This document shows positions 21,330 through 31,830 of a stretch of DNA of 64,000 bases, in pieces (position 1 is the first letter of the stretch; each line of letters begins with the position of its first letter). This DNA comes from Nitrospinaceae bacterium (lineage in GTDB: Bacteria > Nitrospinota > Nitrospinia > Nitrospinales > Nitrospinaceae): NCBI GenBank assembly GCA_965223665.1, contig OZ245011.1, positions 1,920,001 to 1,984,000 of the forward strand, given 5' to 3'. The position numbers and the translations under genes are program-made. Below the pieces are notes generated by a model that made no database searches, was not told where the DNA came from, and saw only the letters and a program-made list of their open reading frames with translations.

Positions 21330-22247
21330 ATGAATTTGGAATTGAGGTTCCATGGTAGGGGAGGCCAGGGAATCAAAACCGCCGCACAGATTGTGGGGTC
21401 GGCTGCATTTTTTTCAGGATACCAGGCACAAGACTTTCCTTTATACGGGGCGGAACGCCGAGGGGCTCCCATTGTTGCTTTTACTCGCATCAGTGAACAC
21501 CCCATTCAAGAGCGTGGGCCGATCACCCAACCCAACATTTTAATGGTAGGCGACCCTACTCTTCTGAATGATCCGCAGGCCGCTCCCCTTTGCGGTATAG
21601 ACGAAAACGCAATAGTTTTTATCAACACAAAAGAAAACGAAGAAGCTTTAAAAAAAAGATTCAGTCTTTTACATGCTCTTATCACTTTGAACTTTACAGA
21701 TTTATGCATTTCATTTTTAGGAAAAGCTAATATTATAAGTTCTGCCTTAGCTGCCGCTGCTGCAAAAATCACCCAAAAAATCAGCATAGAAAATTTACAT
21801 GCTGCTATCGAAACCGAGCTGGAAGATCAAGGCTTTTCCTCAGACCTTGTCCAAAAGAATCTTCAACTGAGTGATGAAATTTTTAACAAAACCCCTATCC
21901 TTCCCATTAAACCCAGGGAAGAACATGCGATCCAACCCAATAAATTAATTAAATTGGGTCAACAATCCGTAGTGGATGCCGCCCCCATTATTCTTTCTCA
22001 TAGCAATATGGATTTGAGAAAGACTGGGAACTGGCGTTTGAACCGACCCGTCATCGAAAAAGAAAAGTGCAGTCATTGTTTGCTTTGTTATGCGCGGTGC
22101 CCTGAGGGAGTGATCGCAATAGACGACAGGGGAGAACCTTCAATTGACTATGAACACTGCAAAGGTTGCATGATTTGCGCACAGGAATGCCCCTTGCGGA
22201 TTATCAAGACAGTAAAAGAAGAAGACTTGGAAAATGGTCACACATAA
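21330..22247 (+). CDS. porC: 2-oxoacid:ferredoxin oxidoreductase gamma subunit fused to delta (2x[4Fe-4S]) subunit
   Basis: HGRGGQG, YGAERRGAP, TGNWRLNRP, CSHCLLCYARCP and CKGCMICAQECP; likely start ATG 21330 after AAAGGA. Substrate not determinable. Confidence 0.88.
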   Translation: MNLELRFHGRGGQGIKTAAQIVGSAAFFSGYQAQDFPLYGAERRGAPIVAFTRISEHPIQERGPITQPNILMVGDPTLLNDPQAAPLCGIDENAIVFINTKENEEALKKRFSLLHALITLNFTDLCISFLGKANIISSALAAAAAKITQKISIENLHAAIETELEDQGFSSDLVQKNLQLSDEIFNKTPILPIKPREEHAIQPNKLIKLGQQSVVDAAPIILSHSNMDLRKTGNWRLNRPVIEKEKCSHCLLCYARCPEGVIAIDDRGEPSIDYEHCKGCMICAQECPLRIIKTVKEEDLENGHT

Positions 22248-23448
22248 AAAGAAAATGTTAACCGGTAACAAAGCGGCCGCGTGGGGAGCCCGGTTGGCCG
22301 GTGTACAATATGTTCCGGCTTTTCCCATCACCCCTCAAACTGAAATAGTGGAAACCCTTTCTCAATGGATGGCCAATGGCAAAATGCAGGGGAAATACAC
22401 TAATATGGACTCAGAACATTCCATGTTTATGGCTGCGGGAGGGGCAGCGGCCTCAGGAGTTCGGGTGTTTACCGCTTCTTCCAGCCAGGGAATTTTACAT
22501 GGAATGGAATCGATCTATACCGTTGTGGGATGGCGGGTTCCTTTTGTTATGGTTAATGTCTCACGGGCGTTGGCAACGCCGATCACGCTGGAACCGGATC
22601 ACAACGATGTCATGAGCACCCGTGATTGTGGTTTGGTACAGTTGCATGCGGAAACCTGTCAGGAAATTTTAGATTTTGTTTTGTTGGCCTATGCTCTGGC
22701 AGAATCTCCTGAGGTTTGTTTACCCGTACTTATCAATATGGATGGATTTTATTTGTCCTTTACCCGGGAGCCCATCATTTTGCCTGATGCAGAGGAAGTC
22801 AAACAATTCCTTCCGCCTTTCAAACCGGTTCAACCTGTATTTCAGGGTTCGCGGCCCATGTCCAGGGCATCTGCTGTATTTGGCGGAGGAACTTATACTT
22901 ATTTTAAAATCCAGCAAGACCTGGCTGCCCGAAAGGCAGAAGATATTTTTATCGAAAAGGCGAGAGAGTTTGGAGATCGTTTTGGCCGTTATCATGAGAC
23001 GGTCGAACAGTTTCACGTGGAAGATGCGGATTATATTTTTGTGATGAGCAATTCGTTTGCCACTAAGGGGAAATCTGCTGTGCTCAAACTCCGTGCTCAG
23101 GGGATCAAGGTGGGTTTAATAAAACTGATAATGTTTCGCCCTTTTCCGAAAAAAGCAATTGCTGACGCCTTAAACGGAAAGCGCAAAATTGCAGTATTTG
23201 ATCAAAACCTGGCACCTGGTATGGGGGGAATCACCTATCCGGAAATTGTTACCGCTGTGCATTCCCGGCATCAGGAGCACCAAACCATTCTTTCTGTCAT
23301 TGGTGGATTGGGTGGCAAGGATATCACAGATGAAGATTTTTTGACGGTGATTCAGTATTTAGATAAGGAAGACTTTCATGACCCTTTATTTCTATATGAT
23401 GAAAAAGATTGGAATCAATTTCAAAAAATAAAAGACATCGCAAAGTAG
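22234..23448 (+). CDS. porA: 2-oxoacid:ferredoxin oxidoreductase alpha subunit
   Basis: TGNKAAA, AFPITPQTEI, SEHS, TASSSQG, DGFYLS, GGLGGKD. Confidence 0.9.
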   Translation: MVTHKKKMLTGNKAAAWGARLAGVQYVPAFPITPQTEIVETLSQWMANGKMQGKYTNMDSEHSMFMAAGGAAASGVRVFTASSSQGILHGMESIYTVVGWRVPFVMVNVSRALATPITLEPDHNDVMSTRDCGLVQLHAETCQEILDFVLLAYALAESPEVCLPVLINMDGFYLSFTREPIILPDAEEVKQFLPPFKPVQPVFQGSRPMSRASAVFGGGTYTYFKIQQDLAARKAEDIFIEKAREFGDRFGRYHETVEQFHVEDADYIFVMSNSFATKGKSAVLKLRAQGIKVGLIKLIMFRPFPKKAIADALNGKRKIAVFDQNLAPGMGGITYPEIVTAVHSRHQEHQTILSVIGGLGGKDITDEDFLTVIQYLDKEDFHDPLFLYDEKDWNQFQKIKDIAK

Positions 23449-23465
23449 TTTGAAAAGGAAACTTA

Positions 23466-24395
23466 ATGACCAGTTCCACCCATTATAAGAGAATAAAAGA
23501 TTTACATCCTCACGAGGCCGTGAAACCCGGGACGGCGTTATGTGCCGGTTGTGGGGGGTTGGCGGGTTTACGTTTGGCACTGAAAGAGTTGGGCAATGAG
23601 GTTCTGATTTGTAATGCGGCAGGATGCTTTACCCTATTATCCATTTTCCCATTCACCCCATTTGAAGGCTCCTGGCTTTACACCACTATGGCCGGCCCGG
23701 TTCCAGCGGCACAGGGGATTCGGGATGCATTGAATATCAGACTGCAAAATAAAAGTTTATCTGAAAAAGAAAACTTACTCGTGATGGTGGTAGCAGGAGA
23801 CGGATCTTCTGCAGATATGGGGTTAGGTCCCACCTCTGCAGCGATCCACCGTAATCTGGATTTTATTTACTATTGTTATGATAACGAAGCCTATGGGAAT
23901 ACCGGGTTTCAACTTTCCGCCTCATCTCCTTATGGGGGTGCAACTGAAACCACACCTGTGACTCAGGAACATCCTTTGGGATCGGAAATTAAAAAGAAAG
24001 ATTTGTTTGAAATCTGGAAAGCCCAAAACCCGACTTATATTGCAACGGTTTCTCCCCGTGAACCTCTTGATTTATCCAATAAGTTTGCTAAAGCAAAGGA
24101 AATGAAGGGTCCTCGTTTATTTATCTGTATGTCGCCCTGCCCGACTGGTTGGGGATTTGATCCTAAGGAAATGCAATTGATTGCAAAACTGGCGGTAGAT
24201 ACAGGGATATTTCCTCTAAAGGAATATGTAGATGGTGAAACCATCCATACCAAGAAACCCAGAAAACGAATTCCGGTTGAAAAGTTTTTAGAACGGCAAA
24301 AACGGTTCCAACATTTGTTTGTACCGAATCGGCAGGATTCCATCATAAAAGAGATTCAGAGAAATGTAGATAACTATTGGAAACAATATGAGTGA
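23466..24395 (+). CDS. porB: 2-oxoacid:ferredoxin oxidoreductase beta (TPP-binding) subunit
   Basis: CAGCG, GC, GDG...DNEAYGNTG, SPCPTGW. Confidence 0.9.
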   Translation: MTSSTHYKRIKDLHPHEAVKPGTALCAGCGGLAGLRLALKELGNEVLICNAAGCFTLLSIFPFTPFEGSWLYTTMAGPVPAAQGIRDALNIRLQNKSLSEKENLLVMVVAGDGSSADMGLGPTSAAIHRNLDFIYYCYDNEAYGNTGFQLSASSPYGGATETTPVTQEHPLGSEIKKKDLFEIWKAQNPTYIATVSPREPLDLSNKFAKAKEMKGPRLFICMSPCPTGWGFDPKEMQLIAKLAVDTGIFPLKEYVDGETIHTKKPRKRIPVEKFLERQKRFQHLFVPNRQDSIIKEIQRNVDNYWKQYE

Positions 24396-26508
24396 AGTCT
24401 TAAACTCCACCGCTGAAAATAATTTCAAGAAAGATAAAAAGGCATCGTCTCAAATAAATTCCTTTTTCTCCCCAAAGTCCGTTGCCATCATTGGCGCTTC
24501 CAGTAAACCGGGAAACCAGGGAGGCCGGATTGTAAAAAGTCTGCAAACGCAGGGATATCCCGGACAAATTACTCTGGTGCATCCCAAAGGACCCACCATT
24601 GATTCATTAAAACAGGTAAAAACTATAGAGGATTTACCGGAGGGTATTGATCTCGCCATCGCTGCTTTGCCCGCCGTTGATATTCCCGCGTTGATAAAGC
24701 CGCTGGCTGAAAAAAACATTCGCCACATTATTGTGATTAGCGGCGGTTTTTCCGAAACCGGGGAACAGGGTGAAACTTTGCAGAAAAATTTAGAATCTGT
24801 TTGCCACGAATTTGGTGTTCAAATAATAGGGCCAAATTGTTTGGGTGTATTTAGCGCATCCGATCATTTCAATAGCTTTTTTCTCTCTCCAAAGGACATT
24901 AGTTTTCCAGAACCCGGACCGGTAGGTATTCTATCTCAAAGTGGAGCATTCACTTCTTTGATTTTGGATCGATTTTCTCATCTGGAAATTGGCGTTAAGC
25001 GAGCGGTCAATTTTGGGAATCGTGCTGGTATTGGGGAAAATGAATTGCTGGAATTTTTTATGGAAGATCCACAAATTTCTGTGATTGGTCTCTATTTAGA
25101 GGGGTTTCAAAATGGGATACAGTTTTTAGATATCGCTCGAAAAGTAAATCAAAAAAAACCAATTGTCATTTGGAAGGGAGGACATTTCAAGGAGGGAAAA
25201 CAGGCTGCCAAAGCGCATTCCGCTTCCCTTGCCAGTTCCATAGAAGTTTTTCGGGCAGCCTGCAAAAAAACGGGAATCATTGAAGTGTTTGGATTTGAAG
25301 AATTCGTTCAGGCGATTCAAATTTTGACTTTGCAGCCTGTTCCCAAGGGTCCAAATGTATTGTTGGTTTCCAATGGTGGAGGCATGGGAGTTTACTTGAC
25401 GGACCTTTGTCAACGATATGGTTTGAAAATTAAAGAACCCACACAACCTGCAAAAAAAATCCTCCAAAGTTTTTTACCCCATTATTTTTCTATTCAAAAC
25501 CCGATCGATCTCACGGGATCAGGAACCAATCAGCAGTGCGTGCAAACCGTCGAGACTTTATTGCAATCCGGGGAATATGATAGTTTGCTCATGGTTCTTT
25601 TGTCGGGAACTGAAGGCATCAATTCAGACATTGCCGACAAGCTATTAAACAAAATTCCAAAACATATTCCTTTGGTTTTTGTCGCTTATGGAAAAAACTT
25701 ATTTCCTTCGATGGAACAAGCATTTTCACCACACAGAATTCCTGTGTTTTCTTCTGCGGAAGCGGCGGCACAAAGCCTTTCAGTTCTCACTCAAAGAGCT
25801 CAATACTTAAAGTTTCCTCCTGGTTCCAAGGATGATTTTTTATCGGAAACCTCCGTTACCGAGTGGCCCTGGGATCCCCAAGACCCAGTTGATGAAATTA
25901 GACTTAAGGAGCATCTCCGAAACAATGGAATCGAGGTTCCCCAAAACGAACACTTGAAAAATCAAGCCGACTTAAAAAATGCGATTCATAAATTAGGCTT
26001 TCCCATCGTCTTAAAAGCGATTCAACCTGAAATAAAGCACAAGTTGGAACTGAAAGGGATTCGATTAGGAATTCAAAACGAGAAGGAATTATTCAAGGCC
26101 TGGCAGGAAATGAATCAAAGTTTTCCCGAAAAAATTTGGGCCGAGGAACAAATACCGGAAGGTTTAGATGTCATGGTAGGAATACACCAGGACCTTAGTT
26201 TTGGCCCGGTATTGGTTTTTGGAACCGGAGGACATAATGTCGAGTTAATCAATGATATTAATCGAGTCATCTTACCTGCCTCGGAAGACGAGTTAATAAA
26301 CCTGATAAGAAAAACATCCGCTGGAAAAATTATAGAGGGCTATAGAGACCAACCTCCTTTAAATAGGGGTTTACTGATTGCCTTTTTAAAGCAGGTGGAA
26401 AAATTGATGATTGATACACCTCACTTGGAATCTCTGGATTTTAATCCCATCCGACTCTTCAAAAATCGGTTGGTTGTGTTAGATGCCAAATGCACGTTAC
26501 TGAAATAA
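24388..26508 (+). CDS. ADP-forming acetate/acyl-CoA ligase (alpha-beta fusion)
   Basis: PKSVAIIGAS, GGFSE, GPNCLG, SQSG, active-site His in AAKAHSASLA, NPIDL, C-terminal ATP-grasp (FGPVLVFG, DFNP, LDA). Confidence 0.88.
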   Translation: MSEVLNSTAENNFKKDKKASSQINSFFSPKSVAIIGASSKPGNQGGRIVKSLQTQGYPGQITLVHPKGPTIDSLKQVKTIEDLPEGIDLAIAALPAVDIPALIKPLAEKNIRHIIVISGGFSETGEQGETLQKNLESVCHEFGVQIIGPNCLGVFSASDHFNSFFLSPKDISFPEPGPVGILSQSGAFTSLILDRFSHLEIGVKRAVNFGNRAGIGENELLEFFMEDPQISVIGLYLEGFQNGIQFLDIARKVNQKKPIVIWKGGHFKEGKQAAKAHSASLASSIEVFRAACKKTGIIEVFGFEEFVQAIQILTLQPVPKGPNVLLVSNGGGMGVYLTDLCQRYGLKIKEPTQPAKKILQSFLPHYFSIQNPIDLTGSGTNQQCVQTVETLLQSGEYDSLLMVLLSGTEGINSDIADKLLNKIPKHIPLVFVAYGKNLFPSMEQAFSPHRIPVFSSAEAAAQSLSVLTQRAQYLKFPPGSKDDFLSETSVTEWPWDPQDPVDEIRLKEHLRNNGIEVPQNEHLKNQADLKNAIHKLGFPIVLKAIQPEIKHKLELKGIRLGIQNEKELFKAWQEMNQSFPEKIWAEEQIPEGLDVMVGIHQDLSFGPVLVFGTGGHNVELINDINRVILPASEDELINLIRKTSAGKIIEGYRDQPPLNRGLLIAFLKQVEKLMIDTPHLESLDFNPIRLFKNRLVVLDAKCTLLK

Positions 26509-26528
26509 TTTAAAAGGAGGAACAAACT

Positions 26529-27635
26529 TTGACTTCCAATTTACTTGATCCATTTGTCGATGATTTGGGACCCGAAAAAATAATTCATATCTACAAACCT
26601 GAATCAAAACTTCGAGCGATGGTCGTTATTGACAACTTATTTCTGGGCCCGGCAGTCGGGGGTTGCCGAATGGCAAAGGATGTCACGGTCGAAGAAGTTT
26701 TCCGCTTAGCAAGAGCTATGACTTTAAAGAATTCTTTAGCCAGTTTGCCTCACGGTGGTGCCAAGTCTGCAATTATTGCAGACCCGGAACATTGTGATAA
26801 GGAAACACTGGTTCGTGAATTTGCACTTGCCATCAAAACAATTTCTGATTACATCCCCGGGCCCGACATGGGAACGGATGAAACATGTATGGCTTACATA
26901 TACGACGAAATTGAGCGAGCGGTGGGACTGCCCAAAGTGTTAGGCGGAATTCCATTAGATGAATTGGGAATGACGGGATTTGGTTTAAGCATTGCGGCCG
27001 AAGTGGCTGCAAAAAAAATGGAATTAAATTTAGAAGGCGCCAAGTTGGTGGTTCAAGGTTTTGGAAATGTAGGTCGGGCCGTAGCAAAATTTCTTGAAAA
27101 GAAAGGTTGCAAGCTCATTGCGACCTGTGATTCCAAGGGCGCCGTTTTTAGTGAGAATGGATTGAATGTTCAAAATCTAATTAAATTTAAAGCGGAAGGA
27201 AATACCATTTCTCAATTTCCAGAGGGGAAATCCATGACACATGAGGAACTGTTGAAATTGGAATCGGATATTTTTATTCCTGCCGCCCGGCCGGATGTTT
27301 TCAGGATGGATAATCAGAGCCAATTAAAAACAAAATTAGTTTTGGAAGGTGCCAATATTCCCATTACTCACGAAGCCGCTAAAGAAATCTATAAGCGAGG
27401 AATTGTGATTATCCCGGATGTTATTGCCAATAGCGGCGGGGTAATCTGCGCAGCGACGGAGTACCAAAAACTGTTGGAAACCACTGCGTTCGAACGTGTT
27501 GAAGAAACCATCACAGCAAACACTTTAGAGTTGCTGAATCGGTTAGAACAAAAAGACCTGGCTCCGCATGAAGTTTCGATGGCAATGGCCCGCGAACGAA
27601 TCAGCGAAGCCAGGAATTATAGAGCACATATTTAA
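26529..27635 (+). CDS. Glu/Leu/Phe/Val dehydrogenase
   Basis: GPAVGGCR, AMTLK, GGAK, GPDMGT, QGFGNVG, EGAN, PDVIANSGGV; TTG start after AAGGAGG. Confidence 0.9.
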   Translation: MTSNLLDPFVDDLGPEKIIHIYKPESKLRAMVVIDNLFLGPAVGGCRMAKDVTVEEVFRLARAMTLKNSLASLPHGGAKSAIIADPEHCDKETLVREFALAIKTISDYIPGPDMGTDETCMAYIYDEIERAVGLPKVLGGIPLDELGMTGFGLSIAAEVAAKKMELNLEGAKLVVQGFGNVGRAVAKFLEKKGCKLIATCDSKGAVFSENGLNVQNLIKFKAEGNTISQFPEGKSMTHEELLKLESDIFIPAARPDVFRMDNQSQLKTKLVLEGANIPITHEAAKEIYKRGIVIIPDVIANSGGVICAATEYQKLLETTAFERVEETITANTLELLNRLEQKDLAPHEVSMAMARERISEARNYRAHI

Positions 27636-27671
27636 TGCATTGGAACATACATCCTGGTCAACCATTCGAGA

Positions 27672-27887
27672 TTAATGGCCACCTTTATATTTGAAAGAAA
27701 GATGAACGCGTGCGCGGTATTCCACCACCTTATTATCATCCACTCGCATATCCAGTTTATTGACTTCAGCAATGCGCAGATCTTCCAAAGAATTTCCAGC
27801 CATTTCTACCGCATTTTTTGCCGCTTCTTCCCAGGACGTCTTACTGGTTCCCACTAACTCGATGATTTTATACACGCTGTCAGACAT
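27672..27887 (-). CDS. Dodecin family protein
   Basis: VYKIIELVGTS..SWEEAA...YR...LSFKY; 71 aa; AAGGAGG RBS. Confidence 0.92.
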   Translation of the reverse strand: MSDSVYKIIELVGTSKTSWEEAAKNAVEMAGNSLEDLRIAEVNKLDMRVDDNKVVEYRARVHLSFKYKGGH

Positions 27888-28067
27888 CGCTCCTCCTTGG
27901 TTTAAAGTGTTAAAAGTTGTCGCGCCCCTGCCCCATTGTTCTCTCTACTATTAATATACTTCCCTACCGTTGGGTTTGCCATGCGCTAAAAAAGGTGGGA
28001 TCACTATTGATTAGAAAAGAATTCGGAATGAAATTTTTCCGAATCAAAGATTTCTTTTTAATTATTT

Positions 28068-28403
28068 TTAAAACCGGAATTTGAATATAGGGGCGGCTTC
28101 GGAGTGGGCCTGTTCTTTGGTGCCGTAGTCGTACGGGTCCCACTTTTCGTTTCTATCAATGGGATCGTACAGGAAGAGAGAATCTTTTTGGATCCGACTT
28201 TTCTCAACCTCGACTTTTTTCTTTTTCGTATCTCGCCAGGATTTGGTTTTTGATTTTTTTGGCGCTCGCCAGTCTCTCGATTTTTCCATCAACTTACCGG
28301 GAGCGGGAATCCTTGAATTTTTGGGAATGAATAAATTTTTGGACGGGTCGGCAAACACCACCAGTGTGTTCCATAGGAACAGGGTGAGGACTAGCGCAGT
28401 CAT
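28068..28403 (-). CDS. Secreted hypothetical protein
   Basis: Probable start MTALVLTLFLW at 28403; the longer ORF reads through a repeat; ends IFKFRF. Confidence 0.6.
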   Translation of the reverse strand: MTALVLTLFLWNTLVVFADPSKNLFIPKNSRIPAPGKLMEKSRDWRAPKKSKTKSWRDTKKKKVEVEKSRIQKDSLFLYDPIDRNEKWDPYDYGTKEQAHSEAAPIFKFRF

Positions 28404-28666
28404 CAACCCTTTTGGAAATTGTGAGATTGGTGCAATGACGGAATTTGATAAAACCCCTTGAGGTAAAATCCCCCCAGCCCGGCCCACGGCCGGTGGGAAC
28501 AGTATTTTGCGAGGAGTTACTTTCAATGCAATCTCTTCACAAAGATTTCGAATATGCCTGCTGCATCCAATCGCTAGATTGGGAAAGGGGGAGCACATCG
28601 GATTCCTTTTTAAAATTTGTTTTATTTTGTTCATTTACTTTTGAAATTTCAAAATACTCATTAAAA

Positions 28667-28708
28667 GGTCAATCACCCCAGCCCTCTTTAGGAAAGAGGG
28701 AGCATATC
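28667..28708. repeat. REP-like palindromic element family
   Basis: 41/42 identical to the reverse complement of 8570-8611; core CCCTCTTT-AGG-AAAGAGGG. Variants at 4864-4902, 9420/9540, 28466/28581, 28820, 48841, 48920 and 49002. Confidence 0.85.
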
Positions 28709-28903
28709 AACCTCCGTTAAATTATTTTCTTCTAAAGAAAAGCTTCTTTATATAGAACCAACCCTACTTATGAAAAGGTTCTGTCAACTCTGCATTGTCC
28801 GTCAACCATTGAGAATTAATGTTCCCTCCAGTCGTGGACTGGAGAGGGGGCACATCCGCTTTTCTTTCAACAGAATTTCCTAAAGAAAAAATTTTTTTAA
28901 AGT

Positions 28904-29794
28904 TCATTTCCATTTTAAAGACTCAAACCAATACTGGTGCGTAGCGCCTAACCAGGTATCGGCTTTGCGGGCCACAATCCATGAGTTGAGAAAATTCAGA
29001 AAGTCAGGGTCACCTTTTCGGACCGCAAACCCGGCATTCGTCCGCAACAACGGCTCCGACAAAGGAAGATCAATTTTTTTCGGATGCGCCAACGCCAGAA
29101 ACTGTGGTATGGGTTCCGCTTCCAAATAAGCATGAATGTCTCCGTTGAGGATCGCTTCTTCGGCTTCTTTATTTTTCTGGAACACACGAATGAACGCTTT
29201 ATCGAATAATCGTTTGGCAAGATCTTCTGAAACCGTGGTCGAGATCACGCCAATCCGAATGGAAGACTGGTTGAGTTCTTTCAAACTTTGGATATGTTTT
29301 GTCAGGGCCGTATTGGTAGCCAGGCTGATGCCCGAAGTCGCATAAGGCGAACTGAAGTTCACTTTCAACGCCCGCTGAGGCGTGATCGCCATTCCTGCAG
29401 AAATGAGATCGATTTTTCCTGAGTTCAGTGAAGGGATGAGTTGTTCCCAATCCAGGGGAATAATTTTCAATACCACACCCATATCTTCGGCAAGTTTTTT
29501 AGCAACGTCAATTTCAAAGCCGACCAGTTCTCCTTTTTTATTCTTCAGGGTCCACGGAGTGAAAAAAGAAACTCCCACCCGGAGGGATTTCTTTTTTAAA
29601 ATTTGATTAAATTTAAGACCGGCCGGATTGTCCTGGGCAGCAACAGATGGCAAATTCGTTACTGCAAAAATGAAAGCCAAAACGATCCAAACTGGGAAAA
29701 GGCGTAAAGTGCCCCACGATGTTAGCTTCATAAACTTATGTGTATCCTTAGTGAGTTTTGAATGGTTAACGGTTGTTGTCCTATTGCCGCTCAT
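28904..29794 (-). CDS. Polar amino-acid ABC transporter substrate-binding protein (family 3); no permease nearby
   Basis: LRVG...PW...GELVGFEIDVAK, LIPSL.SGKID, ITPQRA..VNFS.PY; start uncertain. Confidence 0.88.
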   Translation of the reverse strand: MSGNRTTTVNHSKLTKDTHKFMKLTSWGTLRLFPVWIVLAFIFAVTNLPSVAAQDNPAGLKFNQILKKKSLRVGVSFFTPWTLKNKKGELVGFEIDVAKKLAEDMGVVLKIIPLDWEQLIPSLNSGKIDLISAGMAITPQRALKVNFSSPYATSGISLATNTALTKHIQSLKELNQSSIRIGVISTTVSEDLAKRLFDKAFIRVFQKNKEAEEAILNGDIHAYLEAEPIPQFLALAHPKKIDLPLSEPLLRTNAGFAVRKGDPDFLNFLNSWIVARKADTWLGATHQYWFESLKWK

Positions 29795-29928
29795 TATATC
29801 TAAATTAGGACGGTACTTGGAAATTATTTGAAAGGACCGGCAGCCGTTATTCGTCTCAAAATTTTCTTGATTGCTTTGGGGGAATGGATTAAGTTTGAAG
29901 GAGAATATTAATTAATGGAGGTTAAACC

Positions 29929-30099
29929 ATGAAACGAATCAGCTTATTAGCTTTAATTCTGTTTGCTCTTATATTGAATGCGCCGATGGCTCACACCCAC
30001 CCGGGCCACGGACCCGATTCCATTTCCAAAACCAAAGGCGGGACCGATAAACAAAACTGCCATTGGGACAAAAAAAGCGGAACAAAGCACTGTCATTAA
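29929..30099 (+). CDS. Small secreted His/Cys protein (YHYH-like), absent from the ORF track
   Basis: Hand translation MKRISLLALILFALILNAPMAHTHPGHGPDSISKTKGGTDKQNCHWDKKSGTKHCH; GGAGG RBS. Confidence 0.8.
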   Translation: MKRISLLALILFALILNAPMAHTHPGHGPDSISKTKGGTDKQNCHWDKKSGTKHCH

Positions 30100-30555
30100 T
30101 TTCTTAGAGGGATTTCTTTTTTTTGCAAATCTCCGGACGTCCGCACATCTTATCTGCGTCCGCTGACGTGGGGATCATCGTTTATCCAAACAATCTGTTC
30201 AATAATCTGTATTTGTAGAAACTACTTAACATGTTTACTCCATCTCCATCGTTCGCCTAACGTTGAATTTTCTCTACCCAAAATTTAGGACTGCACCCTT
30301 ATTAGTGGCATAAATTTGAGGTCCTTCTTTTTATTGTTGTTCCTTAAATGATTTATCTATGATGAAACCCCACCGAGAAAAATTTTTCTTCAAAACTTTT
30401 TAAATTTAAAGTTCCGAAATTTAGAATAAAGACTTCCTAAAAAATATCTTTATAGATGAAGGGGGAAAATATATTCCTAAATTTTTCCCTGGTGGGTATC
30501 TCTTTTTTTCTTTTCCTCCTTGTTTAGTTATTCAAACGTTTTAATGGAGGATGCT

Positions 30556-31743
30556 ATGCAGAAATATTTAAAAATCTTATTTGGAGTTTTATTGTTTTCC
30601 TTTTTTTCGAGCAGTTTGGCGTTCGCGGTAATCACTAAAAGTTTCAATGCGACGGAAGACAGTTATGTGCGAGAAACCTCTCCAACTACTAATTATGGTA
30701 GCGATGTGGTTCTGATTTCTGATGGTGTCAACCAGGATCCGGACAATGGCAGATACGGAGAAGTCATCACGTTAGTAAAATGGGATTTATCTACAATTCC
30801 GGCCGAAGCGACCATAACCGGTGTTTCCATTTCATTCGGTTATTTAGATGCCAGCGCTGATCGGTATCACTTCTATTCGCAGGATTCTGCATGGAAAGAG
30901 GGGTCGGTAACTTGGGATGATTTAAATATCGACTCTACTCTTTTAGGAGTCATTCCTGCTTTTACTTTTGGGATGGGAACTCATCCATTAAACTCAGCTG
31001 GAATAGCTTTAGTGCAAGGTTGGGTGGACGGGTCAATTTCTAATAATGGAATAGTCGTTCGTACCAGTGGCACCAATAATGGCATTACTATGGATTCTAA
31101 AGAATCTAAAGGATTCATTCCCAAATTAGAAATCCAATACGATGCGGATTTTATCATTGATGAATTACTCTCAAGGATTGAACAATTAGAAACCATTCTG
31201 GCTGGGGTGAGTCGGAATGGCAAGACCCTTTTTTTGGAAGGAATGAATTTACAAATCGTCAACGGCCTTGGTACTACCAACGGTAACCCGGACGATCCTA
31301 CGGGTAATCTGGGAACCGTCAATGGGCTTGGCAATATCATCGTGGGTTATAATGAGGCCAACCAAGTATCCGATAAGTCTGGTTCGCATAATGTGGTGAT
31401 TGGCCATGGACATAATTATTCAAGCTTTGGTGGATTGGTAACTGGGAAGAACAACAATATTTTCGGGGCTTATTCTAATGTAAGCGGAGGTTCCTCGAAT
31501 ACCGCCAGTGGATTTCAAGCCAGTATCAGTGGCGGTTCTTCTAATACGGCCAGTGGATCGCAAGCCAGTATTTCGGGAGGGTTCACTAATGTAGCTGGTG
31601 GATTTAATACTTCCCATTCTAGTGTGAGTGGAGGCAGTCATAATACAGCCAGTGGAACCACTTCTAGTGTGAGTGGCGGTGAAAATAGAACCGCTTCAGG
31701 TTCAAACGACTGGGTCGCTGGCAGTTTGTTTGAAGATTTTTAG
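30556..31743 (+). CDS. Secreted DNRLRE/CBM96-like protein, paralog 6 (tip type B)
   Basis: Start ATG 30556 after GGAGG; same architecture as paralog 2 with fewer SGG repeats; ends WVAGSL. Confidence 0.8.
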   Translation: MQKYLKILFGVLLFSFFSSSLAFAVITKSFNATEDSYVRETSPTTNYGSDVVLISDGVNQDPDNGRYGEVITLVKWDLSTIPAEATITGVSISFGYLDASADRYHFYSQDSAWKEGSVTWDDLNIDSTLLGVIPAFTFGMGTHPLNSAGIALVQGWVDGSISNNGIVVRTSGTNNGITMDSKESKGFIPKLEIQYDADFIIDELLSRIEQLETILAGVSRNGKTLFLEGMNLQIVNGLGTTNGNPDDPTGNLGTVNGLGNIIVGYNEANQVSDKSGSHNVVIGHGHNYSSFGGLVTGKNNNIFGAYSNVSGGSSNTASGFQASISGGSSNTASGSQASISGGFTNVAGGFNTSHSSVSGGSHNTASGTTSSVSGGENRTASGSNDWVAGSLFEDF

Positions 31744-31830
31744 TCACCCCTTAATAGAGCAAACCTCGGTACCCTCCGAGGTCTGCTCCATGGGGGGGCT
31801 TCTTGTTATAAAAGTGGAAGCATTTTCTTT

